A stretch of 38,823 nt of DNA from Octopus sinensis. Taxonomy: Eukaryota. Each line of letters opens with the position of its first letter. The stretch's first letter is position 1. Shown one piece after another: positions 23,484 to 35,099 of the stretch. Position numbers and translations under genes: made by a program. The notes under the pieces are model-generated. The model made no database searches, was not told the DNA's origin, and worked only from the letters and a program-made list of their open reading frames with translations. The DNA is taken from assembly GCF_006345805.1 (NCBI RefSeq), contig NW_021835744.1:1-38823 (forward strand), read 5' to 3'.

Positions 23484-25521
23484 TAACGTATATATAATGA
23501 TAACTAACCTTATAACTAACTCCACAAATTATCTGGACATAGAATGCGATATTACCTAAGAAGCTGCATAGTCATCACAAATTTCAACAATAGAAAGCAA
23601 TAGCAAGCAACATGGAAACGAACTACCAGATATTAGCATCAGACAGAGACATAACTACTAAATAAGATCAAGCTTTGAAATATTTTTTGATGTCTTGTTA
23701 TTTGCACTGCAAACACTCGATGTCCGTCTATTTGGCGTTGAACTGTTAGTGTAATGAATCGTTGTGACTTGACACTTGATCTTGCTAATCTTATTGTATA
23801 CATAAGTAAATATAGATCTGTAGCATATCTCAACCGAATAATCCACATAATTAATCTCATTAACATTCTTACTAATTATGCTAGTCTCAAACTCCCAATG
23901 GTAAACTGTAAAATAATAATCATTCTTAGAAATATTACATTTCTAAATATCTCAGAGAGATATAAGCAGTAGTGGTACGATGGAGTAGTTGTATACTGTC
24001 AACTTAATGTGACAGTCCCATGAAGGGAATCACACCACTGCTATTTAGCCCTAGAAAGCAGCAACGCTTCCTGTCGGCCTTGACACATTTCAGAAATTAT
24101 AATTTGGAACGAAAATATCATCTTTATATCTACGACAGGCACTAAGCTGCCTAACTAGACTTAATGTTTTCTTTTTCTAAATCTCTAAGAAAGTACAAGT
24201 CGGCTAAAACAAGGTCAATAATTACTCCCATGGTAATGCCTCTAAACTGCCTAAGTACTTTACTATTAAACGAAACATTTCCATTATATGATACTAATTT
24301 TATTAATTTTTCGAAATTATCATTTTAATTATACACTAGTATGAACACATTTTACTTTGCATTTAACATAAACGTTCTCTATTCTTTATCGAATGCAAAA
24401 ATTCCAATATCTACCTAATGCTCAATAATAAACTAAGCCTGCTAGAACTGCTCTAAGCTCATTGCTATAAAAATCCCTCTCCTACATGTATTACTCTTTA
24501 CTCCAGCTCTAAACCTCAAGCCAATCACTATCTACTGTATTTTATTACACAGACCTCATGATTTTATATAGTTTATATGATTATAATATCATAACATTAT
24601 TACGATCCCGGCAATAAAGTTTCGGTCTGTATTTTCGCTGAAAAGCTTTCCCTTCATTTTTATTTTCACTAACAAATGTTTTGATTTGTGTCATTTTTAT
24701 TGCCGAGAAAGATATGAATATGATATTTTCATATTCCACTAGATTTCTAAGGTATCTCACTTGATGTTTTCTTAAAAATAAAAATTCTATTTTTCTTTAT
24801 ATTAAAGCCCAATGTGATATAACCAAAGGAGATTGCGTCGCATATACAAGGGGATCGTATTACTGTAGAACAAAAGTAAATTGTTACAGAAAACCGGTAA
24901 GTTTAGTAGTATTAGTGTTATTTTATATCATTTAATAGAATAATATGATACAGCTTTTACTCTCATATTTTGTATGTTCCATCATCCTGTAATAGTTTTA
25001 GATTCCTTCAATAGAGTGCGGTTTCTTATTGCATTGTGAGTGCTATTATATGCAATTATCTGTATGTGATCATGTACACACATGCTTGAAATACTGATTC
25101 CGTTCTGTAAATTACCATCACAGTAAAGAAGACAAAGAGGACCACGATGCGTATTCTATAAGAAAACAGAGAATGACTTAGAGCAAGAGAAAATATGTAT
25201 CAATTGATAACTATGATTAATCAATTTTAGGCAGAAGTCATTAGGAAAGTTTTATCAAAGGCTACATACTTTTAAGAAAATATATAACTAATAATATGAA
25301 TTTTAAATATGGAAAAAATAAAAAATTTGAAATATTTCAAAATGGATGCCTTTTGTTATGAAAAAAAAAACCAACTAAAAAGCAGATGAAGTTAACATAG
25401 TTAACATGTTTCTGTTTATAGCATTCATCTGATAATTTTTATATCATACCCAATACTAAACTTTATTCTTTTTCTGATTTACTTAAATTTCATTAAGTGA
25501 TGGGAATGTCACCTGTATCAT

Positions 25522-25587
<66 letters not shown>

Positions 25588-25609
25588 TATATATATATTT
25601 ATACACATG

Positions 25610-25760
25610 TAACAGTTGCACACTCGTGATGTCCCGATGCAATTTATGCCTTGAAGAAACTCAGGAAATCATTGCACTCAGAAAAAACGTGATAAATACA
25701 CAAATAGACACTCCGAGGTGATCACATCAGATAAACATAGACGCAAAACATTGTTTCTGA
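25610..25760 (+). mobile_element. Penelope-like GIY-YIG extreme C-terminus
   Basis: SRCNLCLEETQEII...SEVI..HRRK pattern. Confidence 0.7.
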
Positions 25761-26731
25761 ATTTGAAAGAAAAATGCATTTTGGAACGAAATAACATCAA
25801 CCACCCTTAGTATATTAGAGAACAAGGAAAGAAGAAACCAATGGTTAGATGTTAAACAATATACAACTGTAATAGCAGAAACAAATAAAAGGTCACTCTA
25901 AGAAAAAATTATTTATCAATTCGGGCAACGAACTCCAACAGCTGATGGCTGTAGTGGCTGTAACGACTGACCTGTTTACTTCAGACTTCATTGAAGATAG
26001 TGATGCCATAAATGAGATCGAACAAAGGAATGTACAGACGGAATAGCAAAATAAGCCCAACATCACCAGACACACCGCCATCCCCATATAACTGCCGTTC
26101 CTCCCTCTCTTTCCAGCACTTCGTCCCTCCTCCACACACACAAATACACACCTAAATAGCCACATAAATTAATGAACCTTCGTACTGGTTAAAAGGGATA
26201 AACAGCCCTTTGTTAAACATCTATTAATGTTATATCACCTGAAGAAATGAATCCATGGACGTGATTTACCCGAGGTCCACGAATATCATGAACTACACTG
26301 TAATCGTGTCAGGAATACGGACGGCGGTCTTAGGAGGCATGTGATTTGTGGAAGCGTGTGTAGCGATGTATTAAATGCTTATAAATTTCATCCACGCATT
26401 ATTGCTATTGGTACTGTATTTATCCTATATTATATCGGTACAGCTCGATGCAACACTAAAATCTGGTTATACACACACACATATATATATGTATGTATAT
26501 AGATAGATAAAACTTTGTTGGAAAAAGATGCGTGGTGTTCAATCTTATAATAATATAAATAATTATATATATATATATATATATATATGATGCATATATA
26601 CATACGTATATATAAATACTTACATGTATATATATATATACATATGTGGGCACAGGACGTCACAAAACGTAAACAACAAAATATCCGAAATACGAATACA
26701 CGGAATATGAACTTTTTTGCGGACAACAAAA

Positions 26732-26903
26732 GAAACAAATGGAAAACAAGACAAACAACATAAAGAGCGACCCTTCATCAGTTGTCGGCTATATATATAT
26801 ATATATATATAGACAGATAGATAGAGTGAGAAAGAGAGAGAGAAACGGCCGATAACTGATGAAGGGTCGCTGTATGGTGTATCTCTTGTTTTCCATTTGT
26901 TTC
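26732..26903. repeat. Inverted repeat (about 57-bp arms) around an (AT)/(AG) microsatellite
   Basis: gaaacaaatggaaaacaag...gcgacccttcatcagttgtcggc is mirrored by gccgataactgatgaagggtcgc...cttgttttccatttgtttc. Confidence 0.85.
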
Positions 26904-27769
26904 ATGTATATAATATATATATATATACCTGCTTATGAATATAAGTGTGCATTTTAGAGTATAAAATTTATAATGGACCTCAGTTTTGAACATTGTGAAA
27001 GATTTATTCTCCACGCAGTAAAAGTTGACAAGTTGTTTTCTGCAATGTCAAGTTCTCAACAAAACTTTAAAAATATATACGTGTGTGTATTCTCTTCTAT
27101 GAATGTTATATCTTTAAATTATCCCAGTACTACTAGGTACTTCCCAGCGGCTTTTCAGTGAGAAAATATACCAAATGGAAGGACTCACAAATATTTGCAA
27201 ACTTCAATAATTCAAGAATATATGATAAAAATGAAAAACCTGAAAGTCTGCAATGGTTAAAGGCACCCATTTTCTCATTGTTCTGAGAAAGAAACACACT
27301 GGATAAAGTGGAAACAAGATAGACATGGGTGTAAAATCTTTGATCATTGGTCCACGGAATGAATGCTGAGTGATGGCTAAATAACAACAATGGCATTAAA
27401 AATGCGTCAATAGATGTGAAGAAAATATATGCGTAAATAAACTTGAGAATCTGTTGTTTTAATCACTAATCAATTGTGTTGTATGTCTTACACCGAAATT
27501 ATGCGATATATAATAAATTAATGTTCAGGGCAGACAATGGAGCAGCGTAGAAGCAAACTGTTTGCCAACCGATCCTAATATACGGATTAATTCATTTCTC
27601 ATCACTGAAATTGCTAATGCTCTTTACAGTGTATAAATCATAACGCTATCTTAATCTATAGCTTTTTATATAAATTAGATACTATCTAATATTAACGAAT
27701 CAATATTATGTATTAAGAGAATTACTCAAAGAAATGTTTTAATAATGTTGATGTATGATTTGTTTTCAG

Positions 27770-27922
27770 ACAGTTGTAAAGATTATGAGAAAGTTGACTC
27801 GTTTGGGAAAGTCCAGAAATACCAATGTAACTGTAAACACCTTAGTGACTGTCAGTTCAGAAACTTTACGGAATGTAAAAATGGATGCTTACCTGGATTT
27901 AAAGAGCCATATTGTCAAAAGC
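27770..27922 (+). CDS. Internal coding exon, cysteine-rich EGF-like module (mollusc MEGF/scavenger-receptor/receptor-PTP-type extracellular repeat)
   Basis: Acceptor ttgttttcag and donor gtaagt. The exon is 153 nt, symmetric phase 1-1. It encodes SCKDYEKVDSFGKVQKYQCNCKHLSDCQFRNFTECKNGCLPGFKEPYCQK, a C.C...C...C..GC..G...P.CQ pattern. Confidence 0.8.
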
Positions 27923-29171
27923 GTAAGTAAAATGATTGTTAAAATTTTAAGTAAAATAATAGCAGGATTGCTGAAGATTACATTCTGATATACACTATTT
28001 AAATTACAATTTCATTCAAAGTGAGTTGTCCGAACATACAGCTACGCATTTCTGATAATAAGTACAATTGTTTAAAGCGTGAGTTTCTTTCCCAACATTT
28101 TTATTCTGATTAACTAAGTTTTACCAAGACGCGCAATGATATTAAGGCATAAATATGTAAGAAATATATAAAAATTGGAACCCCTTTTAGACTTTATTAA
28201 TATAAGACAGTTTGAGATATGCAGAACAGCATAACATTAATAATCTTGTTTCCATAAAACAACAGTTTAAATCCTATAAAAGAAAAGATGTTACACTATT
28301 ATTGTATACTGACAAATAACATTTAACACATTCTTGAAATATACACACGCACGTGACATCACATACACCCATATATACATAACACACACAAACACACATA
28401 TACGCAACTTCCATCCCTACGTCCTGCTGAACTCAGACTCCGAAAGCCCCATACATCATAAAACCACCCTACATCTCATCTATCCCCGGTTTCATTATAC
28501 TATTGCTTTCCACCATCTTTACTTGGTTCTATCACTTATCTTCTCCTCCTCCTCCTCCTCCTCCTTCTCTTCACTCATCCTCTCCTAATCCCTTCATCCC
28601 CCCACAACTGATATTCAGCCTTGACAATGCTTGCACGTTTTCCACACTCACCGGATCCACCTCTGTCTCCATCACTAACCATTTGTCATTCTCTTTTCAC
28701 AGAGTTGCTAACTTACCATTACTTGCCTACACTTTCTGAATTTCTGTCTCTATTCTTGCTTGTTCCTTGAGGATAACCCTTAATTCCTCATCACCATAAT
28801 TTCTTCCTTCGTTTTCATTAGGGGTAGCAAAATATCTCTCCTACATCAAGACACTCGTTCCTGTCCGTTATCATACCTCTGAGCATCTGACAGAAACCAC
28901 ATCCCTCAATACTGTATCCCCACCCAAAAAAAGAACCCAGTACATTATAAATTGCTTGGTACAAAGCGGGACAACCAATCATAGAATACATGCCAAAGCA
29001 GATACTGGAGTGCGATGCTGTTTTCAGTCTCGTAATATTCTGCGAAACATACATACATGCTTATACACATACATAAGAGCGTTTTTGTTATTTATTTATA
29101 CGACAATTATTTGACGAGAAACTGGCAGAATCGTTAGAGCGTCGGAATAATTAAAAAAACCTAACCTTTTA

Positions 29172-29402
29172 AGGCGGCGAACTGGCAGAATCGTTAGCAC
29201 GTCGGGCGAAATGCTTAGCGGTATTTCCTCTGCCGCTACGTTCTGAGTTCAAATTCCGCCGAGGTCGACTTTACCTTTCATCGTTTCGGGGTCGATAAAC
29301 AAAGTACCAGTTTCGCACTGGGGTCGATGTAATCGACTTAATCCCTTTGTCTGTCCTTGTTTGTCCCCTCTATGTTTAGCCCCTTGAGGGCAATAAAGAA
29401 AT
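29172..29402 (+). mobile_element. Complete family B tRNA-derived SINE
   Basis: ggcggcgaactggcagaatcgttagcacg...gttctgagttcaaattccgcc (B box)...gccccttgagggcaataaagaaat. Confidence 0.85.
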
Positions 29403-29599
29403 ATATATGACAATTATTTTTCTTCTATTGTATAGCTGAAAGGCGCCTGTCCATTTTAAATGTATAATTCTGTTTCTGTTGCACTTGCAGTTTTTATAAT
29501 GTTACATTCGTCCGATAGTAGAGAGACCCTCTCTGTTATTTATATTTTCGTATTGTAATGTACCATCATTTTCTCTGCTTTTGTTTTGTTGATGTATAC

Positions 29600-30120
29600 A
29601 TTCGTTTGATTTTCCTGGAGGCTTAATGCTTTTCCTTTAAGTCCCTGGCACCTTGTTGGATTCGAATAGTCTCGGTATTAAAGCGGTGCGAATCTATAAT
29701 GACCTTTAAGAAACCGACTGATGAGGAACTTTGCTGCGAATGGCCCGTCTATCTTGATTCCGTCCTGTTTACATCTTTTTATGTTATTGTCTATGGTATC
29801 ACTCATGTTATGTTATCGTCTATTTTTGGCATGTTGTGTTTTCTTCGATTCCACCTGTTATGTTCTTTTTGTTCTGCCTTTGATTTATATATAGTATTCC
29901 TCTTAACAGCTTTCACATGATGGACAGACAAGTTATTAGTTTGAAGTTGTCGACAGTGTTTTCCGTTGATGCTTCTTCCTGGCACAACATTATTTTGCCT
30001 CTGGTCAACGAACCTGGGAGTTCTGTGTGGTTTTCAATTAATGTGCTTAAACGTTCCGCTATCCTTTCGTTGCACTCTGTAAATTTCTTCATTCAATCAG
30101 ATCTGTCAAACTTCTTTTGA
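29600..30120 (-). mobile_element. Second, older R4/Dong LINE RT remnant
   Basis: KKFTECNERIAERL...LTRGKIMLCQE...VDNFKLITCLSIM*KLLRGI, a decayed NYRPITCL..MWKLLTG motif. Confidence 0.75.
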
Positions 30121-30262
30121 TGAAACTGCCAGTATCAAAGTATCAAATTTTGCTCAAAAAGTACCAAAATTTTAATTTGGAATATTTTGCCTATAAATCA
30201 ACTGAAATGCACAATATATGTTATTTATAATATACAGGTCTTTATTCTAAAGTGATCTCTTT

Positions 30263-30764
30263 TTCTCTTTAACTCTTTTATTTTACTTGTTTCAGTCATT
30301 TGACTGCAGCTATACTGGAGCACCGCCTTTAGTCGAGCAAATAAATCGACCCCAGGACTTATTCGTTGTAAGCCTAGTACTTATTCTATCGGTCTCTTTT
30401 GCCGAACCGATAAGTTACGGGGACCTAAACACACCAGCATCAGTTGTCAAGCAATGTTGGGGGAACAAACACAGATATACAAACACACACACACACACTC
30501 ACACACACGCGCGCACCCACCCACACACACACACTCACACACACGCGCGCACCCACACACCTACACACACACTCATATATATATATACACATACATATAT
30601 ACGGGAGGCTTCTTTCAGTTTGCTTCTACCAAATTCACTCACAAGGCTTTGTCTGCCCGAGGCTATAACAGAAGACACTTGGCCAAGGTGCCACGCAGTG
30701 TGACTGAACCCGGAACCATGTGGTTGGTAAGCAAGCTACTTACCACACAGCCACTCCTGCGCCT
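30263..30764 (-). mobile_element. Full-length family A SINE
   Basis: Reverse complement of the 8849-9313 type. Confidence 0.9.
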
Positions 30765-30985
30765 ACACATATTTAATGTACTGTGCATCCCTGTTAAACT
30801 AACATTCAGTTGAATTATAGGAGAATCAGATTTCAATAAAAATCTATAATTGATGTCCCTAGGGTAGAGCTCTAGAACATGTTTACTAATCAGCTATGAT
30901 AAGCTACGCCACGCGACAACGCCAGCTACAATACGAAGACGATTTGTCAAAGTATTTGTAAATCTATCAATTTATATTATTTATT

Positions 30986-31340
30986 TTACTCAGATGCATA
31001 TTCGTTTATTTAAAAATAATATAGGGACAGTTCTTACGCCCCGACTAATGGAATTAATTGTTTGTAATACTATTTTTAGCAATAAACTATTGCCATAGAC
31101 AACGGTTTGGTCCTGAAGAAGCGAATTGAACAGGAAACTGGAGAGGGCATGGAAGAGTGATGGTAAACGAGAAATGGGAACAATCCCCGCTTTCCCGGTA
31201 TTACCGGCCAACTCATTTATTTTACTCAGATACATATCCTTGTGTTAAAATAATACTCAGACATACCTTATTCACCCAGTAATCGTATTAATAGTTTGTA
31301 ATAGAAATTTTTAGTGATTAAACTATTACAATAAAGGTTA
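30986..31340. repeat. Diverged tandem direct repeat, unit about 235 bp
   Basis: ttactcagat.catat.c...aaaataata...aat.gtttgtaata.....ttttag...taaactatt occurs at about 30986 and about 31221. Confidence 0.6.
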
Positions 31341-31509
31341 ATAAAATATTTAGTGGCTTAATTGCACCTAACTGATTCTAAAATATGTATTTTGGGAACG
31401 GGAATGGGAGTGAAACTAAAACGAGAACTGAACAGGGAACGGGACAGAATATGAAACAGTGTAATGGGAACGGGGATATGTAATGGGAATGGGAATATGA
31501 AACAGTGAA

Positions 31510-31867
31510 ATGGCCATGCTGCAGCACCGTCTTTTAGTCAAAGAAATCGACCCAGCACTTATTCTTTGTAAGCCTGGTACTTATTCTATCGGACACTTTT
31601 GCCTAAACGCTAAGTTACGTGGACGTAAATACACTAAGATCGGTTGTTCAGCGATGGTGCAGGGACAAGCACAGACACAAACACACAAATATATACGTGT
31701 ATGTATATACGACAGGCTTCTTTTAGTTTCCGTTAATCAAATCCACTGACACGTCTTTGGTTGACTTGTGGCTATAGTAGAAGATATTTACCCAAGGTTC
31801 CACAGAGAGGAACTGAACCCGGAACAATGTGGCTGGAAAGCAAGATTTTTACCACATAGCCACACCA
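31510..31867 (-). mobile_element. Diverged family A SINE
   Basis: Colinear with 30263-30764. Confidence 0.8.
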
Positions 31868-31894
31868 GTGATTTATTGATTATTAATTGATGGG

Positions 31895-32760
31895 TTTATA
31901 TTCAATTGTGGTTTATGTTAATAAATTGGCTTTATTCTTCGTTATTGGTTGAAACAATCTGAGCACTTGTAGAGGGGAAAGACTTTGAAATCGGGTAATT
32001 CCATTCCTGCACAGGTTGCAATGTAACTACTTGAATTAATTTTTTTCGTGATTTTGTCGCCGATCTATTGGTGATGAGCCGTCATTCTGTTGCAACCAAT
32101 GTAGATCAGGTTTTCTGTGTTGCAGGTGAGATTGGATTTAACTTTGAAGGTTTGGTCATCTTTGAATTTAAATTATGCTCCCTCAATTACGTAACGGCAA
32201 ATGCCGCAGTTCATTCTTCCACATTTTGTGACCGTTGGGTTGGGGGTTTCTTTGCGTGAGAATGAGTTTTAGTGTTTTGGGTTGCCTTTTGATTTTGATG
32301 ATTTGTTGTTTTTCTCAGATTTTTCTCATTTGCCTTTTGTTTTCCCAAATTCATCGATATCCATTTGTGTTGCCTTGTTTATTCCGCTGGTGATTATGAC
32401 GCGAGGGAAGGCTCTTTGGATAAGTGTGTCCTTCAGTTCTTCTAGTTTTTGTTCACGTTTGGATGGTTCTTATACTAAGGTACAACTTCATTTTGCCAGG
32501 TTGAAGGGAATGTTGAGTTTGGTGTGTTTCGGGTGACATAATGTGAAAAGAAGGTATTGATTGGAGTCAATGGGTTTGTAGAATATGTCTGTTTCTATTT
32601 TCCCATATTTGTTTGCGAGTAGGATAACCAGAAAGGCGAGTTATTTGGGGTTAAATTCCATTGTGAATTGGATGTTATTGCTTACGTTGTTTTACATGTT
32701 TTCAAATTCAGTTAGATTGTCCATGTTTTCTACCATAGGATAAAAGCAATCAATCATCCA
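31895..32760 (-). mobile_element. Penelope-like RT C-terminus and GIY-YIG remnant
   Basis: IDCF..., NNIQFTMEF, LAFL, ETDIFYKP, NIPFNLAK, TCNTENLIYI, FKVFPLYK...KPQLN. Confidence 0.85.
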
Positions 32761-33695
32761 ATTATCAGAAATGATGAGAGCAGAAGAGGACCAGACTAGT
32801 TAAAATGTACACGCACACACACACTCACACATACACACACATATGTAAAGATAAAAATTTTCAATTTGGGTATATCTCTGGTAGTATGCAGTTTAAAGCC
32901 TGTTCACTGTATTTGATTACGTAATGTCAACAATGATTTGAGTAGAAATGCCACTTAATTTACTTCAAGTATTCCTTTGTGTCCCTAGAATTTATAAGAT
33001 AAAAGAGAAAGAGAAAGAAAATGGAATTCAGCAGATACTTTGTTTATCAGTACAACCGTTTCGACTCATCGCTCCCTCGCAGGTGAGATGGTGTACAAAT
33101 AGCTGTGGTGCATCATTCTGTGCAGATGTGGCCTCGTCAGATAGCTTATCAAAAGATACTTCGCTCTTTAATCTCCATTTCGCTTATGCACTCTGGTATT
33201 TTTCTGTAGCTACTCAAATATAGGAAAAATCTTGAGTTAAATGAAGAACACTTTTCTTATAAGAAATAAAATGACTGAATCAAAAATAAAATTAAGTTTA
33301 AAATAATAAATAAATCAAATAATACGTTAAATAAAATCATAAAACAATGAAACAATACACAGCTATTTTATTGCTCTTTATTTAAAGTAACACCCGTAGT
33401 GCTGCAATGCGCGTAGTACAGAAATGCCCACTCGAGAGAACGAGAAAGATTAAGGCAACAAGTCAGGCTGCAATTTAGACCTATTTGTCGTGAAAACTGG
33501 CGACTAATAGCATTTAACTACGATCTGATTGATAAGTATAAGGTATACATTTGAGTACAGTACAGACCGGGGAGGAGGCCGGGTTAGCGCTAGTATATAC
33601 ATATTTTTTTTACTCTTTCTGCTACTAAAACTTCTTACTTCATGTCCTACATATGCTTACGATTTTTCGATGATAATGCTTTCTGTACCTCACAG

Positions 33696-33739
<44 letters not shown>

Positions 33740-33866
33740 CACACACACACACACACACACATGCATATAAAAATGAATATGTATACGTATTTCTGTGTGT
33801 TATATGTGCGTGCGTGTGTGGGTATGTGGAAATGCTTCTCTAAGCAAAATTGCGCATAACTTTTAG

Positions 33867-33928
33867 AGCTCCGATGAAGCTATAATTTGATGCCAGTGCA
33901 TCTTATAGAAAAAAAACAGCTGTAAGCT
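33867..33928 (+). ncRNA. Disrupted minimal hammerhead motif, variant core CCGAUGA, loop 3 AGCU
   Basis: AGCU-CCGAUGA-AG-CUAUAA-UUU-GAUGC(CAGU)GCAUC-UUAUAG-AAAAAAAAC-AGCU-GUA-AGCU. GAAAC is corrupted by an A-run. Confidence 0.55.
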
Positions 33929-33984
33929 AATAAGGTCGCTGACATAATTCATTTTCTTATTCCCTCATTTATTTACTTCATCAA

Positions 33985-34735
33985 TGGCTGCTCTGTACGC
34001 AACTGACGTTTTGTTCTGGAGCAGAATTGGCAGCTAAAATCTTTACCGGCAATAGCCGGCTGTAGTTGTAGCTGGGCTTCATGTACTTTTGCATGTCGTT
34101 TAAGTCCTCCCGCCGAATTACACTCCCTTCCACATACCTGACAGATGTGATTAGTATGGTGTGTAGCACCACCAGCAGCGGTGGCTTACTTTTTATACCT
34201 CTTTTTTGGTTTATGTGGAGGTCGTTCTCCTTTAGCTAAACTCTCCATAAAAGAGTTGTTTCGGCATCCTTGAATCTTTCATCCTGACCAGATAACCACT
34301 CCCTCTAGGCCTTTGCTAAAACACAAGAGCTTCTATACTTTCACACCGAGACCTGAAGATCACTGATGCGGTCCTCCCACTTAATGCCATAGATAGGCTC
34401 CGGCATTTTACGTCTAACATTAACCCTACTATTCATGTCTTCATGAAAAGACCTTACCAGAGCAAGGAAATTTTCAGGACAACCAAGTTTCTGGAGGACT
34501 TTCCACTGTGCATTTCTATTAACGGTATCGAAGGCTTTTGTGAGATCGACAAAAACCTGATAGAAATCTAGACTCTGTTCCACACGCTTCTCCTGAAGCT
34601 GTCTAGCTGAGAAGATCACATCAGCAGTGCCGCGTCCCACACGAAAGCCAGATTGACTTTCTGGAAGAACACAACCTGCAACGTACTTCAGCAGACGATC
34701 CAGAAGTAGCCTGTATGAAACCTTTCCCTTTATGC
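33985..34735 (-). mobile_element. RTE-BovB-like LINE remnant with internal deletion and C-terminal C2H2 finger
   Basis: VLPESQSGFRVGRGTADVIFSARQLQEK, FVDLTKAFDTVNR, GIKWEDRISD, CQVCGRECNSAGGLKRHAKVH. Confidence 0.9.
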
Positions 34736-35099
34736 AGGGTACATACATATATGTATATATATATATATATATAATATATATATATATTATAATATATATA
34801 TATTATTATATATATATTATATGTATGTATATATACATGTGTGTGTGTGTGTGCAAGTATGTGTTTGTGAGTGTGTGTATGTGTGTGTATGTATATTATT
34901 AAGAAATGAATAACAAGAAATGAATGCTTTAAGGACTTTCTCGTGGATAGAACTAGTATTGTATTCTTATGAAAATATGCTATGGATTTGCATTACTTGA
35001 AAAACGATTTAATTATACTGAAACAAAAGGGAAAATTAAGTGACACAGATTAAATTAAATCGTTATTCCTTGGATTCAGTTCCGGAAACATTCAAACTT

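Noticed and set aside
24609-24705. 10-bp terminal inverted repeat cggcaataaa/tttattgccg (possible MITE)
   Set aside because: No target-site duplication and a single copy; plausible by chance.
28818-29054. Cys/Gly-rich 78-aa minus-strand ORF, with an open frame on the plus strand too
   Set aside because: No recognisable motif or convincing splice pair. Probably a decayed TE.
29710-29745. ctgatgaggaactttgctgcgaa, looks like an HHR core
   Set aside because: It is the antisense of an R4 RT motif (KVPH region) and has no closing stems.
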